Positions 40,143 to 49,942 of a DNA stretch of 64,000 nt are shown in pieces; the first letter of the stretch is position 1, and each line of letters starts with the position of its first letter. The stretch is taken from contig CAWDOQ010000016.1 of NCBI GenBank assembly GCA_963804085.1, forward strand, positions 64,001 to 128,000. The letters run 5' to 3'. A model generated the notes under the pieces. That model had not been told where the DNA came from. It ran no database searches and saw only the letters and a program-made list of their open reading frames with translations. The stretch is from Chlamydiia bacterium (lineage in GTDB: Bacteria > Chlamydiota > Chlamydiia > Chlamydiales > Rhabdochlamydiaceae). The position numbers were made by a program, and so were the translations under genes.

Positions 40143-40646
40143 ATGACATCTTTGATAAAAAATGAGACGCCCAAGTATTCATTCGAATTCACGGGAGCCA
40201 TGGTTGAGCTAATGACAAGCGATACATGGACGGATTTTATTGAACTAAGCATGGAAGAAAGAGAGGTACGTCTTACAATCGAGGACATTGATAAACAGAG
40301 AACAAAAATCATCGATTACTTAAAAACAGAAAATGCTCTTTATCCAAGCCCTGAGGATCTCCATTTTTTTGTTGTGTATGCAAAACAACAAAAACTGGTC
40401 GATCTCACAAAACAAAGAAAGGAGCTAAACAGCTACTTTAATGACACGCTCCGATCCAAACTGAATACCATATGGAATGAGATGGATGCTACACTCGGAA
40501 AGATCGACCATGCACAAACGAAGTTATTCATGGGCAATGACGTCAATGCGCTTGTAAGAAATCTCTGGCAAAAAAGAATCTCTCCTCTTCCGAAGGCTCA
40601 CACTCCAAAGGAAGAGACTAAAGAGTCTAAATCTCCCTCGGGTTAA
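40143..40646 (+). CDS. Hypothetical protein
   Basis: AAGGAG RBS, 167 aa helical. Confidence 0.6.
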   Translation: MTSLIKNETPKYSFEFTGAMVELMTSDTWTDFIELSMEEREVRLTIEDIDKQRTKIIDYLKTENALYPSPEDLHFFVVYAKQQKLVDLTKQRKELNSYFNDTLRSKLNTIWNEMDATLGKIDHAQTKLFMGNDVNALVRNLWQKRISPLPKAHTPKEETKESKSPSG

Positions 40647-40685
40647 TTGCTTCTTCTACTATACTCTTCGAAAAGGTTGTAAAAG

Positions 40686-42431
40686 ATGATTAAACTTAGC
40701 GACATTGGTATTTCTTTTGCCGGCCACTTCTTGTTTGAAGGGGTCTCACTTACGCTTCAGAAAGGAGAACGATGCGGGCTAATCGGGCGCAACGGCTCCG
40801 GCAAATCTTCACTCATACGGATCATGACGGGCGAGATGGAAGCCGATCGCGGCTCGGTGTCGATCCCTAAAAATTACCGAATTGGTTATTTGGAGCAACA
40901 CATCCGCTTCACGCAGCCTACACTTCTGGAGGAAGCCGCATTAGGGCTGCCGGAAGATGAGAAGGAGATGCTGTATAAGGCCGAAAAAATTCTGTTTGGT
41001 TTGGGCTTTACGGAAGAGGATTTGGCAAAGCCTCCCCAACTCTTCTCCGGCGGCTACCACCTGCGTTTGCATCTTGCGAAGGTGATCATCTCAGAACCAG
41101 ATTGTCTTTTGCTCGATGAGCCCACCAACTATTTGGACATCGTTTCGATTCGCTGGCTGATGGACTTTTTAAACGAATGGCCGGGCGAGTTTATTTTAAT
41201 CTCGCACGATCGTGATTTTATGGATCGGGTGACGACGCATACAATTGGTATCCATCGAAGTAAAGTACGTAAAATAAAAGGGAGCTCGCTCGATTTCTTT
41301 GGTCAGATTCTTATAGAGGAAGAAGTGCACCAAAAAACGCTTGTGAAGATGGAAAAAAAGCGCGCACACATGCAGAGTTACATCGAACGTTTTGGAGCAA
41401 AAGCGAGTAAAGCCTCTCAGGCGCAATCGCGTGCAAAAATGCTCGCAAGAATCCCAGCGATAGAGCAGTTGAACGCACTATCAGAGCTCTCCTTCTCGTT
41501 TCAAGAGGCTCCCTTTCCGGGTAGAAAAATGGTGGAGGCGAAACATCTCGCTTTTTCTTATGGACCAGACCCTCTTATTGCAGATTTTTCTGCCGAGGTT
41601 GAAAGAGGTGAACGAATCGCGATCATCGGAAAAAACGGGTATGGAAAGTCGACGCTTCTTCGTCTCATTGCAGGTGAATTAAATCCGCAAACCGGACTAA
41701 TCGAAATCTCTGAAAACACGCGCATCGGTTATTTTGGACAAACCAATATCGACACCCTCAACAAGCAGCACACAATCGCCCAAGAGATTTCTTCGGCCAA
41801 TCCCCTGCTCAATGATACAGCGGTCAAATCGATCGCAGGGACGATGATGTTTAGCGGCGATGCATCGTTAAAAAAGATCGGAGTGTTGTCAGGTGGCGAA
41901 AAGAGCCGCGTGCTCTTAGGAAAGATTCTGGCCAAGCATTGCAACCTGCTCCTCTTAGACGAGCCTACGCACCATCTGGACATCGAATCGATCGAAGCAC
42001 TCATCGATGCACTCGAAGAGTTTTCGGGGACGATTGTGATGGTAACGCATAGCGAACTGATTTTAAGACGCCTTAATTTAAATAAGCTCGTCGTCTGCAA
42101 GCAAGCGCACCAGTCCCTCTTTTTAGGAAACTATGATGAGTTTCTAGAAAAAGGGGGATGGGATGAAGAGCAAAAAGAGGCTTCTCCTATCAAACAAAAA
42201 GCTGCTGCACCCTCGACCCCTAAAAAACCCTCCTCCCGACATCTGGAAAAAGAGATCGAAGCTTGTGAAAAACAGATTGCAGATCTGGAGAAGCTACAAG
42301 CAGAAGCTCAAGCCGCATTCGAACGCGGCGAGCACAACCCCGAATTCTTAAAGACTTTGACTGAGCGGCAAAAAGAACTCGACGCCCTCTTGGCCAAGCG
42401 CGACGCCCTCTACATTAAATTGTCTGAGTAG
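40686..42431 (+). CDS. ABC-F family ATPase
   Basis: Two NBDs (GRNGSGKS / GKNGYGKS, LLLDEPTN / LLLDEPTH), no TM segments, C-terminal coiled coil. Confidence 0.93.
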   Translation: MIKLSDIGISFAGHFLFEGVSLTLQKGERCGLIGRNGSGKSSLIRIMTGEMEADRGSVSIPKNYRIGYLEQHIRFTQPTLLEEAALGLPEDEKEMLYKAEKILFGLGFTEEDLAKPPQLFSGGYHLRLHLAKVIISEPDCLLLDEPTNYLDIVSIRWLMDFLNEWPGEFILISHDRDFMDRVTTHTIGIHRSKVRKIKGSSLDFFGQILIEEEVHQKTLVKMEKKRAHMQSYIERFGAKASKASQAQSRAKMLARIPAIEQLNALSELSFSFQEAPFPGRKMVEAKHLAFSYGPDPLIADFSAEVERGERIAIIGKNGYGKSTLLRLIAGELNPQTGLIEISENTRIGYFGQTNIDTLNKQHTIAQEISSANPLLNDTAVKSIAGTMMFSGDASLKKIGVLSGGEKSRVLLGKILAKHCNLLLLDEPTHHLDIESIEALIDALEEFSGTIVMVTHSELILRRLNLNKLVVCKQAHQSLFLGNYDEFLEKGGWDEEQKEASPIKQKAAAPSTPKKPSSRHLEKEIEACEKQIADLEKLQAEAQAAFERGEHNPEFLKTLTERQKELDALLAKRDALYIKLSE

Positions 42432-42485
42432 CGCAACTCATCTTCAATGATTTGAGATTTTCTTTCTTACTCTGTGGCCTCTGTT

Positions 42486-42910
42486 TCGACTTTAGGATTT
42501 TTTTAAGAAATTGAAGAGTAAACGCTACGCGAAGCCCTAATCTTGTCATCTCTGAAGTATTCATGGTTTCGAATTTCATAAACGCAGAGGAGACGCCCGA
42601 GACACTAAGACGCTGAGATCGCCCCTTTTACATAGTAAACAGAAGAAGAACGAAATGTTTTTAAGAAAGCAAGGAAGTTCAAGGGTTTTGCCGGCGATTA
42701 GCTTCCTTGCTTTCTTAAAAACATTTCGTTCTTCTTCTGTTTGAACTTCGTTCAAAAGGGACGATTGGAGCTCCTATGCATTCTGTTTAAGTCCCTCGCA
42801 TTTCTCAGCGTTTTAGTGTCTCGTTTTTTTCTCTGCGTTTATGAAATTTTTGGGCTAATTAGAAAAGCTGATTTTCCTGATGGTTACTGCTTAAAATTTC
42901 CTAAAGTCGA
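42486..42910. repeat. Nested inverted repeats (MITE-like)
   Basis: Perfect 41-bp IR 42637-42677 / 42702-42742, inside IR 42572-42618 / 42803-42848, inside TCGACTTTAGGA / TCCTAAAGTCGA. Confidence 0.85.
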
Positions 42911-42978
42911 GTCTGTGCTCTCTAGTTGATAAGAGGTTTTAGGTGTCATGCACATCCTGTTTATCCCATAATTTATGG

Positions 42979-43833
42979 CTAAAAGCGTATGACACGACGG
43001 TGGCAATAGGGGCTCTTGCCGGTTTTATCGTAGTAGTGTTGGTGGTAATCTTCTGCGGGGTAGAAGGGGCCGGCGGGCTGCACCTCTGTGACTACTGAAA
43101 GACCTGATTTCTTAAGCTGCTGGATCAGCTTTTCTGCCTCCCTCCTCTGCTTTTCAGTCAGGTAGAAGATAGCAGAGCGGTACTGCGGACCAATGTCGGG
43201 TCCTTGCCCATTTTTTTGCGTCGGGTCATGGATCTCGAAAAAGAGTTTGGCGAGCGTCTCATAATCGGTCTTTTCGGGATCAAAAAGAATCTCAAGCGCC
43301 TCCGCATGCCCTGTAAGGCCCGTGCACACCTCTTCGTAGCTAGGATCTATCACATGCCCGCCTGTGTAGCCCACCTGCGACCGGATGACGCCGGGCATAC
43401 CCTTTAAAAGATGCTCGACACCCCAAAAGCAGCCTCCTGCAAATAGAGCTCTCTCATATCCCTCCTCTGTAAATGCGGGAACAAAAGAGAGGGAGAGGGA
43501 GTTGACACAGTGACGCGTATTCTTCGGTGTGAGCTGCTCTCCTAAAAAGACGTGCCCTAAATGGGCTCCGCACCGGCTACAGCGGATCTCTGTGCGCATC
43601 CCGTCTTTGTCGGTAAGTCTCTGGATACGGCCCGGAATTTCATCTTCAAAACTGGGCCAGCCGCATCCGGAAGAGAACTTATCTTTAGAGAGGTAGAGAG
43701 GGGTGTCGCACTGCTTGCAGACAAACACCCCTGCTCGGTCGAACTGATCATACGTGCCACTTCCCGGCGGTTCCGTTTTACCAAAACGGATGATCGCCTC
43801 CTCTTCTGGCGACAGACGGTGATAACGTCTCAT
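42979..43833 (-). CDS. msrAB: Bifunctional methionine sulfoxide reductase (MsrB-MsrA order)
   Basis: GCGWPSF, HLGHVF, RHCVNS (MsrB); GGCFWG, QYRSAIF, AEDYHQ (MsrA). Confidence 0.95.
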   Translation of the reverse strand: MRRYHRLSPEEEAIIRFGKTEPPGSGTYDQFDRAGVFVCKQCDTPLYLSKDKFSSGCGWPSFEDEIPGRIQRLTDKDGMRTEIRCSRCGAHLGHVFLGEQLTPKNTRHCVNSLSLSFVPAFTEEGYERALFAGGCFWGVEHLLKGMPGVIRSQVGYTGGHVIDPSYEEVCTGLTGHAEALEILFDPEKTDYETLAKLFFEIHDPTQKNGQGPDIGPQYRSAIFYLTEKQRREAEKLIQQLKKSGLSVVTEVQPAGPFYPAEDYHQHYYDKTGKSPYCHRRVIRF

Positions 43834-43834
43834 C

Positions 43835-44452
43835 TTACTTATCTACCGGCTTGAAAACGAGTGCAGCGCATGCGCCTCCGAGCAGGTTTGCCACAAAAAA
43901 GATCCAGAGATTGGATAATGCACTGAGCTTCATAACGGTCACGCCCACGGCAACAGCAGGGTTAAAGGCAGCACCGGAAATAGGGCCCACAGCATAAGCA
44001 CCGGCAACCACGATAAAACCGATCGCCCATCCGTAGAAGGAGTTGCCCTTTGTCGCTTTGGCCACTGCCACGTTTAAAACTGTGAAGCAGAGAGCAAAGG
44101 TAAAGAGAAACTCTGCAATAAAAGGCTTTAGGAATTCTAATGTCATCGGCGCTTGAGGAGGAGATCCTTTGCAGAAGATCGTCACCCAGCCCGCTATGAT
44201 TGCTGCAAGAGTTTGAACTCCCCAGTATGCGGCTAGATTCTTTGAAGAGAGCTTACCGCGTAAAAAAACAGCAAAAGAGACAGCTGGATTGTAATGGCCG
44301 CCAGAAACATGACCTCCTGCAAAGATCAAAGCTGCAAGCACACCCCCAATTGCAAGCGGCGCAAGCATCCCTGCACTATTGGGATCGAGCACTGTCATGC
44401 CCACAGTAAACACTAAGAAAAAAGTTCCGATAAACTCGTATAGATACTTCAT
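43835..44452 (-). CDS. MIP family channel (aquaporin)
   Basis: [25 protein letters not shown]. Confidence 0.92.
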   Translation of the reverse strand: MKYLYEFIGTFFLVFTVGMTVLDPNSAGMLAPLAIGGVLAALIFAGGHVSGGHYNPAVSFAVFLRGKLSSKNLAAYWGVQTLAAIIAGWVTIFCKGSPPQAPMTLEFLKPFIAEFLFTFALCFTVLNVAVAKATKGNSFYGWAIGFIVVAGAYAVGPISGAAFNPAVAVGVTVMKLSALSNLWIFFVANLLGGACAALVFKPVDK

Positions 44453-44475
44453 AGATCCTCCAAGGTTAAAAAAAT

Positions 44476-45672
44476 TTATCTTAGAGAATTTGCCGCTGAA
44501 GTGCCAGCTAAAAAACCTGTCGTCCAGGCATTTTGAAAATTAAACCCGCCTGTGATGCCATCGATATCGAGGATCTCTCCGGCAAAATAAAGACCGGGAC
44601 AGATGCGGCTCTCCATCGTTTTAAAATGGATCTCTTTGAGTGTGACGCCCCCACACGTGACAAACTCCTCCTTGTGGGTAGTCTTGCCCTGCGTCTCATA
44701 CGGGTCGGCATGCAGCCTCTCGGCTATTAGATGGAGCTCTTTTAACGAATAGTCATTGAGCCTCTTCTCCTCTTTGAGAAAAAGTTTCCAGAAGCTCTTG
44801 GGCAGGTGAAAGGGATTTTCTGCCAGAAGTGTTTTATGAGGCGCTCGTTTCTTTAATTCTGCAAGCGTTTCTTTTGCAGAGTAAGAAGGAACCCAATTGA
44901 TCAGAAGGGTGACTCTATACTCTTGTTCATGCAAATGGCGCGCTGCCCATGCAGAGAGCTTCAATGCTGCAGGCCCGCTAAACCCAAAGTGGGTGATCAA
45001 AAGAGGTCCTCTTTGCGTATGTTCTGTTCCTTTGATCTTTATCTCGACCAGATCAAATGAGACACCACTGAGCTCTTGCAAAGGAGAATTAGGAACATTG
45101 AATGTGAAGAGCGAAGGAACCGGCGACTGGATTGAGTGGCCGAGACTGCTTGCCCAAGCATGGCCTTCGGGCTTGCTTCCAGAAGCAAGGATAAGTTTTT
45201 TGCATGCAAAGAGGCTGCCGGCTTTTGTATGCAAAATAAATCCAGCTTCTGTTTTTTCGATTCTTTCGATCCACTCTCTTAAACGGATTTCGACTCCCAA
45301 TTTTTTTGCTTCATCCAGAAGAGCCGTGATAACCGTCTCTGAGCTATCCGTGATAGGAAACATCCTCCCATCCTCTTCGGCTTTTAAAAAGACGCCTCTG
45401 GATTCAAACCACTTTATCGTCTCTTTGGCTTGGAAACGGTTAAACGGCCCTAAAAGCTCCTTTTCACCGCGTGGGTAGTGTTTTGAAAAAAGATGCGGGT
45501 CGAAACAGGCGTGCGTCACATTGCACCGCCCCCCTCCAGAGACGCGGACTTTTGAGAGCAGAACGGCGCTCTTTTCTAAAATGAGCACTGCTGCTTCCGG
45601 ATTGGCTTCTTTAGCTGCAAGCGCTGCAAAAAAGCCCGCAGCACCCCCGCCTATTACAATTAGGTCATACAT
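44476..45672 (-). CDS. HI0933/BaiN-like flavoprotein
   Basis: IGGGAAG, SGGGRCNVT, THFGFSGP, VTCGGV, GITGGFNFQ.AW; start ATG 45672. Confidence 0.92.
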   Translation of the reverse strand: MYDLIVIGGGAAGFFAALAAKEANPEAAVLILEKSAVLLSKVRVSGGGRCNVTHACFDPHLFSKHYPRGEKELLGPFNRFQAKETIKWFESRGVFLKAEEDGRMFPITDSSETVITALLDEAKKLGVEIRLREWIERIEKTEAGFILHTKAGSLFACKKLILASGSKPEGHAWASSLGHSIQSPVPSLFTFNVPNSPLQELSGVSFDLVEIKIKGTEHTQRGPLLITHFGFSGPAALKLSAWAARHLHEQEYRVTLLINWVPSYSAKETLAELKKRAPHKTLLAENPFHLPKSFWKLFLKEEKRLNDYSLKELHLIAERLHADPYETQGKTTHKEEFVTCGGVTLKEIHFKTMESRICPGLYFAGEILDIDGITGGFNFQNAWTTGFLAGTSAANSLR

Positions 45673-45740
45673 AGGGTTAACAGGATAGCATAGACATGAA
45701 ATAGAAAGAATTGTATGTATTAAAAAAATAATTAATAAAT

Positions 45741-46763
45741 ATGCGCTCAATAATTTTTGCACTACTTCTACTTATCTCTCCCGCTCTGATGCATGCGGCC
45801 AAGGTGGAAACTGGTTATACCACCTCACCCCCTCAGCCTCTTCCGGTGCCGGTTGAAACGTCGATCTATCTTTGGAAAATCGAAAATATCGACGAAAAAA
45901 ACCAGACCTTCACGGCCTATATCTATCTGGACCTAAAGTGGCACGATCCGCGGCTTGTCTTTGAAGGTGAATCGGGTAAGCCCATGATCTTCACAGAAGA
46001 CAGCATCGATGAAAAATTTAAAGAGATCTGGTGGCCAGAAACTGACTTTGTCAATGCGATCGAGACATCTGTAAATAACAAGTCTCTTGCCATCTATCCG
46101 GATGGAGAAGTCAACTACTCTTTAAAAATCAGCGGCACCTTTTTCACGCCGATGAACTTCGAGAAATTCCCTTTTGACAGCCAGAGCTTCCAAATCCACC
46201 TCGAATCTTTTTTCTGGATGGAAAATTCACTCAAATTTGTAGTCGATCAGAAAAACACAGGATTTGCACAGGACCTCTATCTGGATAGATTTGATCTGGA
46301 ATCGATCGATACTACCGTAAAGGAGAGGAATTATTTAGACCAGACCTACTCCCAGTATGAGTATTCTATCAACCTGAAACGCCACACCAAGTTTTACCTC
46401 TATCAGATTCTGGTCCCCATGTTCATTCTCCTCGCAATCACTGGCGGGATGTTCTTTATCGATGTCGATGATCTTAGCACCAGCCTATTCCTCGGTCAGG
46501 GCGCCATCCTGGTCTTGATCGCGATGAAATTTATGATCAATGAGAGCCTGCCTCACATCGACTATTTGACGATCATCGATTATGTCTTCTTTGCTGCCTA
46601 TTTCTGTTGCGGCACAGCGACTGCGATCGCGTGCATCCACCACTATATGTGGAGGAAGAAACACCATAAAGCAAAGCTTGCCCAACGTATCATCTGGATT
46701 CCTGTCGTTCTATTCTTGATATTATACTTCTTAATTTTCTATTTTATGCTCACCCGTAGCTAA
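45741..46763 (+). CDS. Prokaryotic pentameric ligand-gated ion channel (GLIC/ELIC-like)
   Basis: Signal peptide, W.DPRL, WWP..FVN, G.V.Y, Pro-loop FPFD.Q, four TM helices with LP.IDYLT.ID. Confidence 0.88.
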   Translation: MRSIIFALLLLISPALMHAAKVETGYTTSPPQPLPVPVETSIYLWKIENIDEKNQTFTAYIYLDLKWHDPRLVFEGESGKPMIFTEDSIDEKFKEIWWPETDFVNAIETSVNNKSLAIYPDGEVNYSLKISGTFFTPMNFEKFPFDSQSFQIHLESFFWMENSLKFVVDQKNTGFAQDLYLDRFDLESIDTTVKERNYLDQTYSQYEYSINLKRHTKFYLYQILVPMFILLAITGGMFFIDVDDLSTSLFLGQGAILVLIAMKFMINESLPHIDYLTIIDYVFFAAYFCCGTATAIACIHHYMWRKKHHKAKLAQRIIWIPVVLFLILYFLIFYFMLTRS

Positions 46764-46823
46764 AATTATTGATTTCCTTCTAAAAGTTCTAATCTGTACA
46801 ATCGCCCTAAAACCTAAATAGGG

Positions 46824-48123
46824 GTGAATAGAATGGAGAAAACAAAGTCTGGACGCATTGCGCATTTCCGTTGGGTCATTGCAAGTCTAATTTTTTTTAT
46901 CACTCTAGTAAATTTTATAGACCGCTCTGCGATCTCCTTTGTCATCGGGCCATTAAAAGAAGAGTTCCACTTTTCTGATACCCAGTTTGGGATGATCCTC
47001 TCCGCCTTTGGCGTAGGTTATATTTTGCTGACAGCCGTCGGAGGTTGGCTAGTAGACAAATGGGGCACGCGCATTGTGTGGCCGCTCGCTGCTATCGGCT
47101 GGTCTTTATGCGTTGGATTTTTAGGCTTTGCCGTCGGTTTCTGGAGCTTTATTTGGCTCCGCTTTCTTCTGGGACTCACAGAAGGACCCCACTTCCCTGC
47201 GATGTCTCGCGCAATCAGCGACTGGCTCCCCACATCGGAGAGAGCACGCGCCCTCTCTTTGGGGCTTGTCGCCATCCCTCTCTCCTCCGTAGTCGGCTCC
47301 CCCCTCACCTCCTATCTCGTCTCAGATTTTGGTTGGAGAACCATGTTTTTTGCAATCAGCGCCGTAGGTGTTATTTGGGGATTTGTCTGGTACTGGCTAT
47401 TTAGAGATAAACCCCAAGACTCTGCCTACATGGGTGAAAAAGAGAAGCAGCTTCTGGCAGCTTCGCACGCCGAAAGAGCCAAGAGTCAGGACGCCTCTAT
47501 CGATTGGCGTTTTATCCTCACCCATCCCGCACTTATTGCCAACAATATCGCCTACTTTGCGTTTGGCTACATGCTCTTCTTTGCCACGCTCTGGCTGCCC
47601 GGGTATTTCTTATCGCAGCACGGCCTTAATTTGAAAAGCGTGGGCTGGTATCTGACCATCCCCTGGCTTGTCGGCGCTCTCTTCTTAAAATTAGGCGGGA
47701 TCCTCTCCGACTGGCTCTACAAAAAGACAGGCAAGAGCCGTCTTGCACGCTCTCATATCATTTGGAGCAGCCAACTTGTCGCAGCGATCTGCTTCGTCGC
47801 TTTAGGCTACACAGAGTCGCTTAGCTCTTCTATCATCTTCTTAAGCTTAGGCTTAGGGTTTGGCCTGATGCCGCAGCCCGCATTTTTTAGCATCAACATC
47901 GACGTCGCAAAAGAGCGCGCAGGCTCGGCTCAAGGCATAACCTCGAGCTGCCTATCAGTTGCGGGCGTCTCTAGCTCCCCTGCTCACCGGCTGGCTGATC
48001 GACCTGACCGGCAACTACCAGGGAGCCTTCTTCTTGCTCGCGGGCTTGACAGGAATCGCGGTCGTCACCGTCATTCTCTTTCATCACCCCGATCGCAAGT
48101 GGTGCTGCACAGCAAAGACTTAA
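46824..48123 (+). CDS. MFS transporter (anion:cation symporter-like), frameshift near 47970
   Basis: NFIDR, GWLVDKWG.R, RFLLG..EG; last helices (LAPLLTGWLIDLTGNY..AF) continue in another frame to TAA 48121-48123. Confidence 0.85.
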
Positions 48124-48153
48124 AACAATTGCTGAGTTATTCCCTCTTTCTCA

Positions 48154-48200
48154 ACGTGCCCGTGCCCGTGCCCGTGCCCGCGTGCGTGCCCGGCTTCCCG
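48154..48200. repeat. Half copy of family A (CGTGCC)n arm
   Basis: ACGTGCCCGTGCCCGTGCCCGTGCCCGCGTGCGTGCCCG. Confidence 0.75.
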
Positions 48201-48270
48201 TATAAATTAAAATTTAAATTACAATCCAGGGAGAAACTCCTCCGTTTCACGAAGGAGTTCTTCAAATGCA

Positions 48271-48381
48271 AAGAGTTAAAACAGAACAGGATGGCCAGGA
48301 TGGATGGGCAGGATGAAGAAAGAATCCTGTTTTTTCTTTCTTTCCTATCCTGCCCATCCTGGCCATCCTGTTTAAACTCTT
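48271..48381. repeat. CAGGAT/ATCCTG periodic palindrome, family B copy 2
   Basis: AAGAGTTAAAACAG..CAGGATGGCCAGGATG ... CATCCTGGCCATCCTGTTTAAACTCTT. Confidence 0.85.
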
Positions 48382-48499
48382 GTTCTTTCTTATCCTGTCA
48401 TTCTGCAGAAACTCTTCTACATTAATTTTTTGTCCGGTAAAGAGATGGCTTTTAAGCCTTTAAAAGGGTAAAATATTAGCTCTATTTTAAGGAATTTTT

Positions 48500-49942
48500 A
48501 TGACTGGAATGCATGCACTAGCTCCAATACCCGATGCTGTCACCAAGATCTCTTGCGGCTATCTAGATCTTATCAGCTTAGGCAAGCTTGCGCGCGCAAG
48601 CTCCAGATTCCATGCACTTGTTGATGCTCCCGACTCTGATTTTGCCAAGATCCAGATCGTCGCCAAAAAATACAGACCGCGCGATCTTGGCCTTCATATA
48701 GAAGATCCTGCCGCCATGCAACCCTCGATGGGTAGTATCGGATTTAATTCTCGCGTAGTAACCTGGCTTGTCGGCTTCCTTCTCGAATCCAATTTACATT
48801 TTCTTCCCGACCACCTAGTTCTTACGAACTCATCCTATGTTGGAAGATCTTCTAATCGCTTATTCACCCAAGATAGGTTTCGCAACTTCCACGTGCGTGA
48901 CCTACAAGGCAACGTGCTTACCACTTATAAATTCGGCTCCTTTATCGCAGATACTCTTGTGGGTTATCAGTCATGCTATGAATTAAATCCCCCATTAGGA
49001 CGAGCACAGATTGCTCTATTAGATGTGACGCCCAAATTACACATTTGGGATATCACTCAACCAGAGGCTCCTCAAAAAGTTCAAGAGCATAATTTTGAGC
49101 ATAGCTATCCTCTTGTTGACAACCCTTATCAGTTTGGCAATCTTCTCATTCTAATTCCTAATATTCATAGAGGTAAGGCATTTCCTTACACTTACGATCT
49201 CTCCCATCCGGAAAATCCACCCCGTCAGCTTTTGCATCCCAAAAGCCACCCATTTTTCTGCACGAGCGCTCGCAACTCCAACCAGTTCTTTATTCTAGCA
49301 GATGCGCGCAAACAGGCGATCGCTTACAGAATTGAAAATGATACTGCTGCACCCGCCTGGGAAGCTGATCTGGTAGCTCTTGGCATTACAAAGCCCACCA
49401 TCATGCTTGCAAATGATCGTTGGCTACTCCTTGGCTCTGACTCTGTAGGAGGAGAAGACAACAGCGGAATAATAACAACTTTTAATCTCACCATCCTCGA
49501 TGCAAAAACAGGAGAAAAAAGAGGCGCTTTTTCCCCTTCTCTTCTCCTCACCTCCATGAATCCTAACCACACCCTGCACATTTGGGGCCACGATATCTTA
49601 GTGATAAAAGATGAGAAGATCCTGCACATGTATCAGCTCCCCGATGGAGTCCCCCTTCCTGCTCTTGAGCCAGAAAGCAATGAACTCATTCAAGCCCTAA
49701 CAGACACGCAAGAGCTTACCCTTCTCTACCGCGAAAAAAACACGCTCCACGTCCGCGCCTGCACCTGGACCACTCCCCTTGATGCAGCGAGCAAAGTGAG
49801 CTTGCCGGCTAAGGCAGCCCCTGCCACTCCCGCTCCTGCTCCTCTTGTAGATCCCACCTTCTTGGAAAATCTCTACAGCTGCTTCGCCGGATTCTTATCC
49901 TACTTTACAGACTTCTGGCACTGGCTAAGGAAGCTCTTATGA
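48500..49942 (+). CDS. F-box-like + beta-propeller-like protein, paralogue 1
   Basis: IPDAVTKISCGYLDLISLGKLARASSRF F-box-like start; IWD and ILDAKTG blade motifs; amphipathic C-terminal helix. Confidence 0.7.
   Translation: MTGMHALAPIPDAVTKISCGYLDLISLGKLARASSRFHALVDAPDSDFAKIQIVAKKYRPRDLGLHIEDPAAMQPSMGSIGFNSRVVTWLVGFLLESNLHFLPDHLVLTNSSYVGRSSNRLFTQDRFRNFHVRDLQGNVLTTYKFGSFIADTLVGYQSCYELNPPLGRAQIALLDVTPKLHIWDITQPEAPQKVQEHNFEHSYPLVDNPYQFGNLLILIPNIHRGKAFPYTYDLSHPENPPRQLLHPKSHPFFCTSARNSNQFFILADARKQAIAYRIENDTAAPAWEADLVALGITKPTIMLANDRWLLLGSDSVGGEDNSGIITTFNLTILDAKTGEKRGAFSPSLLLTSMNPNHTLHIWGHDILVIKDEKILHMYQLPDGVPLPALEPESNELIQALTDTQELTLLYREKNTLHVRACTWTTPLDAASKVSLPAKAAPATPAPAPLVDPTFLENLYSCFAGFLSYFTDFWHWLRKLL

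Noticed and set aside
47970..48425. C-terminal extension of the 533-aa MFS ORF
   Set aside because: Out-of-frame read-through into repeat families A and B; the real final helices end at 48123.
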